Assembly: GCA_951406725.2 (NCBI GenBank)
Contig: OX597841.1
Coordinates: forward strand, 20,894,001-20,958,000
Length of the DNA stretch: 64,000 nucleotides
Source: Octopus vulgaris
Taxonomy: Eukaryota
Reading direction: 5' to 3'
Shown here: positions 52,325 to 62,862 of the stretch, one piece after another
Layout: each line of letters begins with the position of its first letter
Numbering within the stretch: position 1 is the stretch's first letter
Notes under the pieces: generated by a model
What the model was told of the DNA's origin: nothing
Database searches by the model: none
The model's input: only the letters and a program-made list of their open reading frames with translations
Translations under genes and position numbers: made by a program

Positions 52325-52391
52325 GGTTAGGGTTAGGGTTAGGGTTAGGGTTAGGGTTAGGGTTAGGGTTAGGGTTAGGGTTAGGGTTAGG
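52325..52391 (+). repeat. Canonical telomeric repeat (TTAGGG), about 11 copies, G-rich strand pointing into the gap
   Basis: Perfect TTAGGG units up to the first N. Confidence 0.97.
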
Positions 52392-52491
52392 NNNNNNNNN
52401 NNNNNNNNNNNNNNNNNNNNNNNNNNNNNNNNNNNNNNNNNNNNNNNNNNNNNNNNNNNNNNNNNNNNNNNNNNNNNNNNNNNNNNNNNNN
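52392..52491. other. Scaffold gap (100 N)
   Basis: Exactly 100 N, a conventional unknown-size gap. Confidence 0.99.
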
Positions 52492-52544
52492 TTGGCATAC
52501 CATGTCCTCTTATAAGGCATTGGTCAGCCCAGGGCTGATCTCCT

Positions 52545-52795
52545 TATCTCTCTCTCTCTATCTACCTTTCTATCTATCTATCTCTCTATCCGTCTATCCA
52601 CCTTTTAATCTATCTGCATATTTTATCTGTCTGTCTGTATGTCTATCTATCTGCCTGTCTGTCTGTCTGTCTATCTATCTATCTGTCTATCTATCTGTCT
52701 ATCTATCTGTCTATCTATCTGTCTATCTATCTATCTGTCTGTCTATCTATCTGTCTTTATCTGTCTATCTATCTATCTATCTATCTGTCTATCTG

Positions 52796-52834
<39 letters not shown>

Positions 52835-52953
52835 GTCTATCTATCTATCTGTCTATCTGTCTATCTATCTATCTATCTGTCTATCTGTCTATCTGTCTAT
52901 TTGTCTGTCTGTCTGTCTGTCTACCTCAGTTTATCCAATCTGCCTGTCTATCT

Positions 52954-52996
<43 letters not shown>
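52545..52996. repeat. (TCTA/TCTG)n and (CT)n microsatellites
   Basis: Seen directly. Confidence 0.95.
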
Positions 52997-52998
<2 letters not shown>

Positions 52999-53377
52999 TC
53001 CCTCCCCTCTAAAAACTAAGTGTGGGCAGAGGAAGCAAAGGGTACCCAGCAGCCGTTAAAGAAAGAGAGTGGGGTACCCTTTTCTCCTTCCAGAGTGAAA
53101 GCATCAGATTTTATTGGAAACTGGAAAACTACCATTGCATCATCGTCATCATCATCACCACTATTACCACCAAGCTCATCATTCTCTCCCTCCATCATTC
53201 CCTTCCTCCCACTATCACTCTAGTAACTCACCGAAAGAGAGAAGGTGAAAGAGAAAAAAAGGAGGGAGACGGACGGACAGACAGCCAGACAGCCAGAGAG
53301 AGGCTGAGGTTCATTGTAGAACGGAAAAATCAATACATTCCATTTTGCGTATTCACCTTGTTCGTTCTTCGTAGCAC

Positions 53378-53379
53378 TG

Positions 53380-53413
<34 letters not shown>

Positions 53414-53770
53414 GGATAATAATAATAATGATAAAAATAATAATAAGGATAATAATAATAATGATAAAAATAATAATTACAATAATAATAATAATGATAT
53501 TAATAATAATAATAATGATAATAATAAGGATAATAATAATAATACAATAATAATAATTACAATAATAATAATGATAATAATAATAATAATGATATTAATA
53601 ATAATAATAATAATAATGATAATAATGATAATAATAATACTAATAATGATAATAATATGATAGTAATAATAATGATAATAATAATAATAATAATGATAAT
53701 AATAATAATGATAATAATAATTATAATAATGATAATAATGATAATAATAATAATAATAATAATAATGAAA

Positions 53771-53804
<34 letters not shown>

Positions 53805-53837
53805 TGATAATAGAAATAAAAATAATAATGATAATAA

Positions 53838-53893
<56 letters not shown>

Positions 53894-53955
53894 CTAATAA
53901 TAATAATGATAATAATGATATCAATAATAATAATAATGATGATAATAATAATAAT
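53378..53955. repeat. Imperfect (AAT/GAT)n microsatellite
   Basis: Seen directly. Confidence 0.95.
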
Positions 53956-54089
53956 GGTGGAGGTGGGGGTGGTAAGGTCATGGTGGAGTGTGTATGTGTG
54001 TGTAATAGTGTGTAATCCCCCATGTAGTGTGTGTGGTGGTGGTCGTGGTGGAGTGGAGGGTGAGAGTCATCTTAGTAATACAGACACAT

Positions 54090-54390
54090 GAGCATACTCA
54101 CACATGCATACTAACAAACGTGCGTGCATATTTATGTGTACATTTGTGTATGTGTGTGTGTATATATAATATATACATGTGTGTGTATATATATATATAC
54201 ACGTGCATGTTGAAATGTATGTTTGTCGTGTGTGTGTGTATATATACATATATATATATATATACACACACACATGCACACATACATACACTCACACATA
54301 CCTATATATATATATATATAAATATTTATATAGCTATACGCACACATGCATGTATGTACATATATACGCATGCATACAAATGTATGTGTG

Positions 54391-54436
<46 letters not shown>

Positions 54437-54485
54437 ATGCTTGTGTGCATGCGTGTGTGTGTATATATATGTGTGTGTGTGTACG
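54090..54485. repeat. Compound (TA)n/(TG)n/(CA)n microsatellite
   Basis: Seen directly. Confidence 0.9.
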
Positions 54486-54771
54486 TAACCGTTCTTAGTT
54501 GACTACCATATTCGTCTAATGTACAGGAATGTTGTCTGTGCGTCCCAAGCAGAAGCAAGATGCATTTCTAATGTTTTGCTCCTCTTCCGACCCCAAACAC
54601 ACACCAACCCCAAAACACACAGACACACACACAAATGCACATATACACCCAGTATCTCTAACATGCCTGCACTCACTCTATTATTATTTGTGCATGTACA
54701 TGCATGTGTCTGTGTTTGTGTATGTGTATCATTGTAAGTTTGTGTGTTTTATATATATATCTATATATATA

Positions 54772-55161
54772 TCTATATATATAAAGCTGAAGTTGTCTGT
54801 GTGTGGCAGGTTTGGTAGCCTTCAACTAACACTATCTCCTCTGAGACCTTGCGGCACAAGTTGACCAAAATTGAGTGTATGATAGAAGAAGGCTGGCTCT
54901 TCATTCCGTAGAAGACAAAATTCAAATTGGACCATGTTAATGCCAAAAATTATTTACATCAAAAAGGTGCTATTTTCTATGAAAATCCTGATTTCTTAAT
55001 GATTTTTTGACTGCTGTGTCGCCATTTTCCGGTGTATTTCAACCAGAAAAATGTTCACTTAAAGAGAATAACAAGCTACATAATGCAAAATTCTTACTTT
55101 TCAAAAATTCCAATTCTAAAGGATTGAAACAAACCCAAGCAACGCTAGACGATACTGCTAG
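54772..55161 (+). mobile_element. Probable non-autonomous Helitron (about 390 bp)
   Basis: Starts A|TCTATATATATAAAGCTGAAG and ends AAACCCAAGCAACGCTAGACGATACTGCTAG|T. This gives 5' TC, 3' CTAG, an A/T target and a decayed subterminal hairpin. No second copy in the window to confirm the ends. Confidence 0.55.
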
Positions 55162-55197
55162 TATGTATATATATATGTGTGTGTATATATATATATA

Positions 55198-55356
55198 ATG
55201 CTGGTGTGTTTACATCCCCATAACTTAGTGGTTTGGCAAAAGAGACCAATAGAATAATTACTAGGCTTACAAAGAATAAGTCCTGAGGTTGATTTGCTCA
55301 ACTAAAGACTGTACTCCAGCATGGCCGCAATCAAATGACTGAAAGAAGTAAAAGAG
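55198..55356 (+). mobile_element. SINE 3' half (same family as 61407-61792)
   Basis: ATGCTGGTGTGTTTACATCCCC...AAAGAATAAGTCCTGAGGTTGATTTGC...CATGGCCGCAATCAAATGACTGAAAG. Confidence 0.85.
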
Positions 55357-55433
55357 TATGTCTGTATATATACACTCGAATATATACATACACATAGACA
55401 CACACACACACACACATATATATGTGTGTGTGC

Positions 55434-55615
55434 AGGTGGCACGTAAAAAGCACCCACTACACTCTCGGAGTGGTTGGCGTTAGGAAGGGCATCCAGCTGT
55501 AGAAACATTGCCAGATCAGACTGGAGCCTGGTGCAGCCTTCTGGCTTCCCAGATCCCCAGTCGAACCGTCCAACCCATGCTGGCATGGAGAACGGACGTT
55601 AAACGAGGATGATGA
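55434..55615 (+). mobile_element. 3' end of a second retroposon family (SINE or RTE-LINE 3' UTR) with a (GAT)n tail
   Basis: GGTGGCACGTAAAAAGCACCCACTACACTCTCGGAGTGGTTGGCGTTAGGAAGGGCATCCAGCTGTAGAAAC...GGACGTTAAACGAGGATGATGA. Homologous copies lie at 56098-56290 and 57938-58040 on the minus strand. Confidence 0.82.
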
Positions 55616-55651
55616 TATATATATACACACACACACACATATTTATATGTA

Positions 55652-55706
<55 letters not shown>

Positions 55707-55716
55707 CTATACATAC

Positions 55717-55750
<34 letters not shown>

Positions 55751-55774
55751 GAACATTATAAATATTGGATCTTC

Positions 55775-55895
55775 TGTGTCTGTTTTGGCAGGGTTTTTAC
55801 AGCTGGATGCTCTTGCCAATGCCACCTGCTTTATGGGGTGGGCTGGATGCTTTTTAAGTGGCACCTGCACTGCCAGGGTCGCCAAGTATCTTGCA
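55775..55895 (-). mobile_element. Diverged fragment of the same retroposon 3' end
   Basis: GGCAGGGTTTTTACAGCTGGATGCTCTTGCCAATGCC resembles GGCAGAGTTTCTACAGCTGGATGCCCTTCCTAACGCC at 56204. Confidence 0.6.
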
Positions 55896-56097
55896 ACACA
55901 CACACATACACACACACAAAAATCTTTTGAATGGGGAGGGGTCATTGGAGGAGGTGATCTTGTGTCAGATGATGAAAGGTTATAGTGAGACTGAGAGACA
56001 GAAACAGGTGCCTTGCTGTAGAGGAGGTACGAGTTTAACTGGTTAGAGAGAGAGAGGACAAGTAGATAGGCACACACGCACATACAAGGATTATATT

Positions 56098-56539
56098 ATC
56101 ATCATCATCATCGTTTAACGTCCGCTTTCCATGCTAGCATGGGTTAGACGATTGACTGAGGTCTGGTGAACCAGATGTCTGCACGAGGCTTCAATCTTGA
56201 TCTGGCAGAGTTTCTACAGCTGGATGCCCTTCCTAACGCCAACCACTCAGAGAATGTAGTGGGTGCTTTTACTTGCCACCGGCACGGGGGCCAGTCAAGC
56301 GGTACTGACAACGACCTCGCTCGAATCTTTTATACATGCCACCGGCACAGGTGCCAGTAAGGCGACGCTGGTAATGATCACACTCGAATGATGCCTTTTA
56401 CGTGCCATCGGCACGGAGGCCAGATAGCCACTCTGGCAACGATCAGGCTCGGATGGTAGTCTAATACCCTACTAGCACGGGGCTCAAGTGCCAGTAAGGC
56501 AACGCTGGTAACGATCACGCTCGAATGGTACCTTTTAAG

Positions 56540-56545
<6 letters not shown>
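56098..56545 (-). mobile_element. Retroposon 3' end with (GAT)n tail and internal ~60-bp tandem subrepeats
   Basis: ATCATCATCATCATCGTTTAACGTCCGC...CAGCTGGATGCCCTTCCTAACGCC, followed by repeated G(G/T)AACGATCACGCTCG(G/A)ATGGT-like units. Confidence 0.82.
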
Positions 56546-56576
<31 letters not shown>

Positions 56577-56830
56577 GAGAGAGAGAGAGGATGTTAATTC
56601 TATGAGCACCTTTGTCTTATAGCTGACTCATTAGACTCCAGTGGTTGTAGACGTTGGAGTCTTACGACTCGTCTATAAGACTAAGTGCTTTATAGATACA
56701 AAACCATTAGTCATTCTATGACTGGACATATAATTAACTTTCTATAAATACGTTACTGCTGTGGCTTTTAGAGTTTGTTTCTTTTTCGGATTTATGATCC
56801 ACTGAAAATACATAGGAACGGACGCAAAGT

Positions 56831-57770
56831 CATCATCATCATCATTGTTTGACCGTGGTTGAGACAATGGAATTTACCATGCTACGCCAGACTTCACGGT
56901 CCATCATGGAATTACGGAGGTCCTGTTGCTGGATGCCTGTATCCCTGGAGATTACATCAGGGTAGGAGAGTTTGCGCCCTCTGGCATTGCGAGCAGATGG
57001 CTTCCAGAGGAGAAGAGCAGAAATTACCTCTTTTTCAGCTCTACAACAATGTCCAGCAAACTGGACTCTCCTACCTTTCACAAGAGATGACACAGGTGGT
57101 AGTTTCCCATATATTTGTACTTTGGTTGGATGACGCTTCCTCGAGAGATTTTGAGCTCTCGTAAGGAGGCGAGTGTAGGTTCCATCCAACTGCCTCTCAA
57201 GCTTCTTTGATAACGTCCAGGTTTCTGAGCCATAGAGTAGAATTGGTTCGACTGGTATCGTGAGCAGATGGCTTCCAGAGGAGAAGAGTAGAAATTACCT
57301 CTTTTTCAGCTCTACAACAATGTCCAGCAAACTGGACTCTCCTACCTTTCACAAGAGATGACACAGGTGGTAGTTTCCCATATATTTGCATTTTGATTGG
57401 ATGGCGCTTCCACAAGAGATTTTGAGCTCTCATAAGGAGGCGAGTGTAGGTTCCATCCAACTGCCTCTCAAGCTTCTTTGATAACGTCCAGGTTTCTGAG
57501 CCATAGAGTAGAATTGGTTCGACTGGTATCGTGAGCAGATGGCTTCCAGAGGAGAAGAGTAGAAATTGCCTTGTTTTCAGCTCTACAACAATGTCCAGCA
57601 AACTGGACTCCCTACCTTTCACAAGAGATGACACAGGTGGTAGTTTCCCATATATTTGCATTTTGGTTGGATGACGCTTCCACGAGAGATTTTGAGCTCT
57701 CATAAGGAGGCGAGTGTAGGTTCCATCCAACCGCCTCTCAAGCTTCTTTGATAATGTCCAGGTTTCTGAG
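56831..57770 (-). mobile_element. RTE-clade LINE 3' end with a tandem triplication of a 271-bp segment
   Basis: Peptide VEPILLYGSETWTLSKKLERQLDGTYTRLLMRAQNLSW...QFAGHC...DREVWRSMV then a stop and a (GAT)n tail. CTACAACAATGTCCAGCAAA occurs at 57041, 57312 and 57583. Confidence 0.9.
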
Positions 57771-57937
57771 CAAAGTGGTTGAGTTCGTTTTGGGCATCAG
57801 GCTTCCCAGAGGCAAAGTGGCTGATCATGTCCTGAGTGTTGGGCCACATAGGGACAATGACCAAGACCTTTGGCTGAGAAGATGACCCATCAAACCGAAC
57901 AGAATCAGCTGTGGCACATATCATTGTCACACAAATT

Positions 57938-58220
57938 GGCTGCACCAGGCTCCAGTCTGATCTGGCAGAGTTTTTACAGCTGGATGCCCTTCCTAACGCC
58001 AACGACTCCGAGAGTGTAGTGGGTGTTTTTACGTGCCAAGCAGCACAGAGGCCGCGGGGACCTGGCATCAACCACATTTCTGATGGTGCTTTTTACATGC
58101 CGCCAGCACGGGGACCACAACTACAGTTTCCATTTGATTGTGGTTTGATTTGATTTTGATTTTAATGCACTTGACTCAATAGGTCTCCTCAAGCTCGGCA
58201 TGTTGCCCTACGATCCAAGA
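57938..58220 (-). mobile_element. Retroposon 3' UTR-type fragment (family of 55434-55615)
   Basis: GGCTGCACCAGGCTCCAGTCTGATCTGGCAGAGTTTTTACAGCTGGATGCCCTTCCTAACGCC. Confidence 0.78.
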
Positions 58221-58224
58221 TACT

Positions 58225-58440
58225 TTTTGAGTGGGCCTCTTCCTCTCTTGCCACTGACCATTCCGAGCATGATGTCCTTCTCCAGGGATTCTCTCCGCAT
58301 AATATGACCAAAATATGCCACTCTATGCTTGGTGATCCTAGCTTCTAGCGACATTTTTGACCTTATCTGCTTAAGAACTTCTCCATTGGTGAGCCTCGCT
58401 GTCCATGGAATCCGCAAAAGTCTTCTCCAACACCAAAGAC
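58225..58440 (-). pseudogene. RTE/BovB-like LINE ORF C-terminal fragment
   Basis: LRIPWTARLTNGEVLKQI...YFGHIMRRESLEKDIMLGMVSGKRGRG is typical of the RTE C-terminal region. Confidence 0.85.
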
Positions 58441-58461
58441 ATATATATAGATTGGCTTAAA

Positions 58462-58566
58462 TGTAGATAGGCAGATAAACAGATTGAGAGAGATAGATAG
58501 ACAAATAGATAGATAGACAGACAAATAGATAGATATACAGACAAATAGATAGATAGACAGACAGAC

Positions 58567-58637
<71 letters not shown>

Positions 58638-58875
58638 CAGATAGATAGATAGATAGACAGACAGACACAGAGATAGATAGATGGGAAGAATGATGGATGG
58701 ATTGATAGCTAACTGAATAGATTGACAGACAGATGTATAGACAGAAAGGCTGATAGACATCTACCGATACTTAGATCTAATAAGTCACATCAATAAGTAG
58801 TGATAGATAGATAGATAGATAAGTAGAGAGAGAGAGAGAGAGAAAGAAAGAGTGTGTGTGTGTGTGTGTGTGCGC
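58462..58875. repeat. (GATA/GACA)n, (GA)n and (TG)n microsatellites
   Basis: Seen directly. Confidence 0.92.
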
Positions 58876-59019
58876 CAGCAAAATAAATATCATGTTGGGT
58901 GTGGGTGAATTAATTAGCTGGCTGGCCACAGTGACATACAGACAGACTGTGTTAGCTGTTGAATATAAAGCAGAGAAGCTGAAGGGCAGAACAAGTAGAC
59001 TGGCACATTGATTTATGGG

Positions 59020-59044
59020 AATATATATATAGACACACAGATAT

Positions 59045-59081
<37 letters not shown>

Positions 59082-59205
59082 TGTATACTATATACACACA
59101 TACTCACACTTGTGGCTATATATACATTTATGTATGTAAGCATGTGAGTGTATACATGTGTGTATACATATGTACATAGATTCATATATTTATACATATA
59201 TATAT

Positions 59206-59236
<31 letters not shown>

Positions 59237-59417
59237 CATATATATATACATATATATATACATATATATACATATATATATGTATATATATATATGTATA
59301 TATATGTATATATATGTATATATATATGTATATATATATATACATATATATATATACATATATATATACATATATATATACATATATATAAACATATATA
59401 TATATATACATATATAT

Positions 59418-59488
<71 letters not shown>

Positions 59489-59572
59489 TATATACATATA
59501 TATATATATATATGCATATATATATACATATATATATACATACATACATTTATATGTATATATTGGTTTGTA

Positions 59573-59620
<48 letters not shown>
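59020..59620. repeat. Compound (TG)n/(TA)n microsatellite
   Basis: Seen directly. Confidence 0.95.
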
Positions 59621-59621
<1 letters not shown>

Positions 59622-59767
59622 GCATGTCTAAAGATTTCTGTATCTCTTTCTGTTTCTATTGATTCTGTACGAGATTTCTGGTCAGCTGGCCATCATGACC
59701 GGACTCCATCTTGTGACCACTAGCTTCTTCTAACCCCCACCCCCCGCCGCTGCGACCTCACATGTTC

Positions 59768-60965
59768 TCACACACACACACACACACCCACATATGTATA
59801 CACGCCCACACACGTATGTATACGCACACAAGTATGTATACATGCGCACACACGTATGTATACACACACACACACATGTATGTATACACACACAAGTATG
59901 TATACATGCACACACACGTATGTATACACACGCACACACACGTATGTATACACACACAAGTATGTATACATGCACACACACGTATGTATACACACGCACA
60001 CACACGTATGTATACACACACACACGTATGTATACACACACAAGTATGTATACATGCACACACACGTATGTATACACACGCATACACACGTATGTATACA
60101 CACACACACACGTATGTATACACACACAAGTATGTATACATGCACACACACGTATGCATACACACGCACACACACGTATGTATACACACACACACACATA
60201 TGTATACACACACACGTATGTATACACGCACACACACGTATGTATACACCTGCACACACACATATGTATACACACACACACACATGTATGTATTTACACG
60301 CACACACACGTATGTATACACATGCACACACATATGTATACACGCACACACACACATGTATGTATATACACGCACACACGTATGTATACACACACACACA
60401 CGTATGTATATACACACACACATGTATGTATACACACACACGTATGTATATACACGCCCACACACGTATGTATACACACACCAACACGTATGTATACATA
60501 CACACACACACACGTATGTATACACGCACACACACGTATGTATACATACACACACACACACGTATGTATACAAACACCAACACGTATGTATACATACACA
60601 CACACACACGTATGTATACACACACCAACACGTATGTATACATACACACACACACACGTATGTATACACACACCAACACGTATGTATACATACACACACA
60701 CACACGTATGTATACACGCACACACACGTATGTATACATACACACACACACACGTATGTATACACACACCAACACGTATGTATACATACACACACACACA
60801 CGTATGTATACACACACCAACACGTATGTATACATACACACACACACACGTATGTATACACACACCAACACGTATGTATACATACACACACACACACGTA
60901 TGTATACACACACCAACACGTATGTATACATACACACACACACACGTATGTATACATGCACACAT
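59768..60965. repeat. CA-rich minisatellite built on CACACGTATGTATA; the distal part has a 48-bp period
   Basis: CCAACACGTA at 60481, 60577, 60625, 60673, 60769, 60817, 60865 and 60913 (multiples of 48). Confidence 0.92.
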
Positions 60966-60999
60966 TGCAAACAGACACTTGCATATTTTCATTTGGTTG

Positions 61000-61287
61000 T
61001 TTCCTTCATTAAACTGCGGCCATGCTGGAGCATCGCTTCGAAGGGTTTTTGCTCAAACAAAATCAACCCCAGTACTAAATTTCTTTTATTCTTTCACTTG
61101 TTTCAGTTGTTTTGACTACGGCCAGGCTGGAGCACTTTCTTTTAGTTGAAGAAATTGACCCCAGGACTTATCCCTTGTAAAGCTTAGTACTTTTTCTATC
61201 GGTGTCTTTTGCTGAACTGCTAAGATACAAGGATGTAAACATACCAACATCAGTTGCAAGTGATGGTAGGTGGAGAAACACACACAA

Positions 61288-61290
<3 letters not shown>
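61000..61290 (-). mobile_element. Two adjacent SINE 3' fragments on the minus strand
   Basis: CTGCGGCCATGCTGGAGCA at 61014, and TTTCACTTGTTTCAGTTGTTTTGACTACGGCCAGGCTGGAGCA...GACCCCAGGACTTATC...TCTATCGGTGTCTTTTGCTGAACTGCTAAG. Confidence 0.8.
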
Positions 61291-61340
<50 letters not shown>

Positions 61341-61369
61341 ATGGCTCTTATATATTTAAATGTACACTG

Positions 61370-61406
<37 letters not shown>

Positions 61407-61790
61407 GAGTGGCTGTGTGGTAAGTAGCTTGCTAACTAACCACATGGTTCCGGGTTCAGTCCCACTGCGTGGCACCTTGGGCAAGTGTCTTCTGCTATAG
61501 CCCCGGGCCAACCAATGCCTTGTGAGTGGATTTGGTAGATGGAAACTGAAAGAAGCCTGTCGTATATATGTATATATATATATATAAGTGTGTGTGTGTA
61601 TGTTTGTGTGTCTGTGTTTGTCCCCCTAGCATTGCTGGTGTGTTTACGTCCCCGTCACTTAGCGGTTCGGCAAAAGAGACCGATAGAATAAGAACTGGGC
61701 TTACAAAAGAATAAGTCCCGGGGTCGAGTTGCTCGATTAAAGGCGGTGCTCTAGCATGGCCGCAGTCAAATGACTGAAACAAGTAAAAGA

Positions 61791-61792
<2 letters not shown>
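61407..61792 (+). mobile_element. Near full-length tRNA-derived CORE-type SINE (octopod OR/OK-like)
   Basis: A-box-like TGGCTGTGTGG, B-box-like GGTTCAGTCCC, CORE-like GGCACCTTGGGCAAGTGTCTT, an internal (TA)/(TG) tract, and a tail ending ATGACTGAAACAAGTAAAAGAG. The family name is from memory. Confidence 0.85.
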
Positions 61793-61830
<38 letters not shown>

Positions 61831-61835
<5 letters not shown>

Positions 61836-62045
61836 TAATCCAAACATGAAAACACAAGGAGAAAACACAACAACGCGCGGATGTGGAACAAATATAGTAT
61901 TATTGGATGCTCAGGAAAGAGGTAAAGAAGGAGGGTTTAACGTTTCAAGCAGAGCTCTTCGTCGGAAACATAGGAGAAGGAAAGATCCAGGGAAGGGAAG
62001 ACAGAGGAAAAAAAAAAATCGCGAACGGTACACACGCGGTCACAT
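61831..62045 (-). mobile_element. Probable Penelope-like element terminal (pLTR) fragment with a minimal hammerhead-like motif
   Basis: Minus strand 61969-61935 reads GTTT-CCGACGA-A-GAGC-TCT-GCTT-GAAA-CG-TT-AAAC. The fragment lies between TA tracts. Confidence 0.5.
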
Positions 62046-62083
62046 ACATATATATGTATATATAGATATATATGTATGCATGT

Positions 62084-62418
62084 GCCATGCTCAAATGGTG
62101 TTTTTTATGTGCCACCAGCACAGAATCCAGTCCAGTGGCTTTGGCAACGATCACGCTCGGATGGTGCTCTTAGCGCTCAACTAGCACGGATGCCAGTCAT
62201 CGAATTTGATTTCGATTTCAATTTCCCTTGCCTCAACAGGCAAGCAGAGTTTAGTGTCCAATGGAGGAAAAGTACACATAAGTGGACTGGTTACACCCTT
62301 GGCATAGGCCACGAGGTTATGGTCTCACCTGGCTTGCCAGGTCTTCTCAAGCACGGCATATTTCCAGAGGTCACGGTCACTAGTCATTGCCTCGGTGAGG
62401 CCTAATGTTCGAAGGTCG
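62084..62418 (-). mobile_element. RTE LINE ORF end plus 3' UTR
   Basis: Minus-strand translation from 62417 gives DLRTLGLTEAMTSDRDLWKYAVLEKT (RTE C-terminal DR..W motif). It runs into GGCAACGATCACGCTCGGATGGTGCTCTTA, the subrepeat seen at 56435-56530. Confidence 0.72.
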
Positions 62419-62458
<40 letters not shown>

Positions 62459-62479
62459 CTTATATATACTTATATATAT

Positions 62480-62682
62480 GTTTTTGTGTCTGTATTTGTC
62501 CCCTTATCATTGCTTCACAACTGATGCTGGTGCGTTTACAGCCCCTTTTGGCAAAAGAGACCGATGGAATAAGTACTAGGCTTACAAAGAATAAGTCCAG
62601 GGGTCAATATCTTCATCTAAAAAGCGGTGCTCCTGCATGGCCACAGTCAAAATAACTGAAAGCAGTAAAAGGATAAAAGAAT
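62480..62682 (+). mobile_element. SINE 3' half
   Basis: TGTCTGTATTTGTCCCC...GGCAAAAGAGACCGATGGAATAAGTACTAGGCTTACAAAGAATAAGTCCAGGGGTC...GCATGGCCACAGTCAAAATAACTGAAA. Confidence 0.83.
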
Positions 62683-62711
62683 ACACACACACACACACAT
62701 ACACATGCAAG

Positions 62712-62862
62712 AAGCTTTATTAAGTTTCCATCTAGGAAATCCACCAACAAGCCCTTTGTTGGTGCTGGGGCTACAAGTAGATGCTGCTTGCCCAAGGTGC
62801 AATGCATTAGGATTGAAACCCAGGCTGCACGGCTGTGGAGCAGACTTCTTCACCACAATCAT
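62712..62862 (-). mobile_element. Diverged SINE head and core on the minus strand
   Basis: GTTTCCATCTAGGAAATCCAC...CTTGCCCAAGGTGCAATGCATTAGGATTGAAACCC is the reverse complement of the head/core at 61450-61555. Confidence 0.7.

Noticed and set aside
52502-54560. Low-complexity ORFs (SIYL, poly-Asn/Ile, YI repeats) and the 53016-53223 ORFs
   Set aside because: They are microsatellite translations or short ORFs with no recognisable domain and no convincing splice context.
58952-61149. Long His/Thr/Tyr/Val/Cys-rich ORFs of up to 451 aa on both strands
   Set aside because: They are open in all frames because alternating purine-pyrimidine repeats lack stop codons.
61407-61480. tRNA gene
   Set aside because: A- and B-box-like motifs are present but run directly into SINE core and tail sequence, so this is a SINE head.
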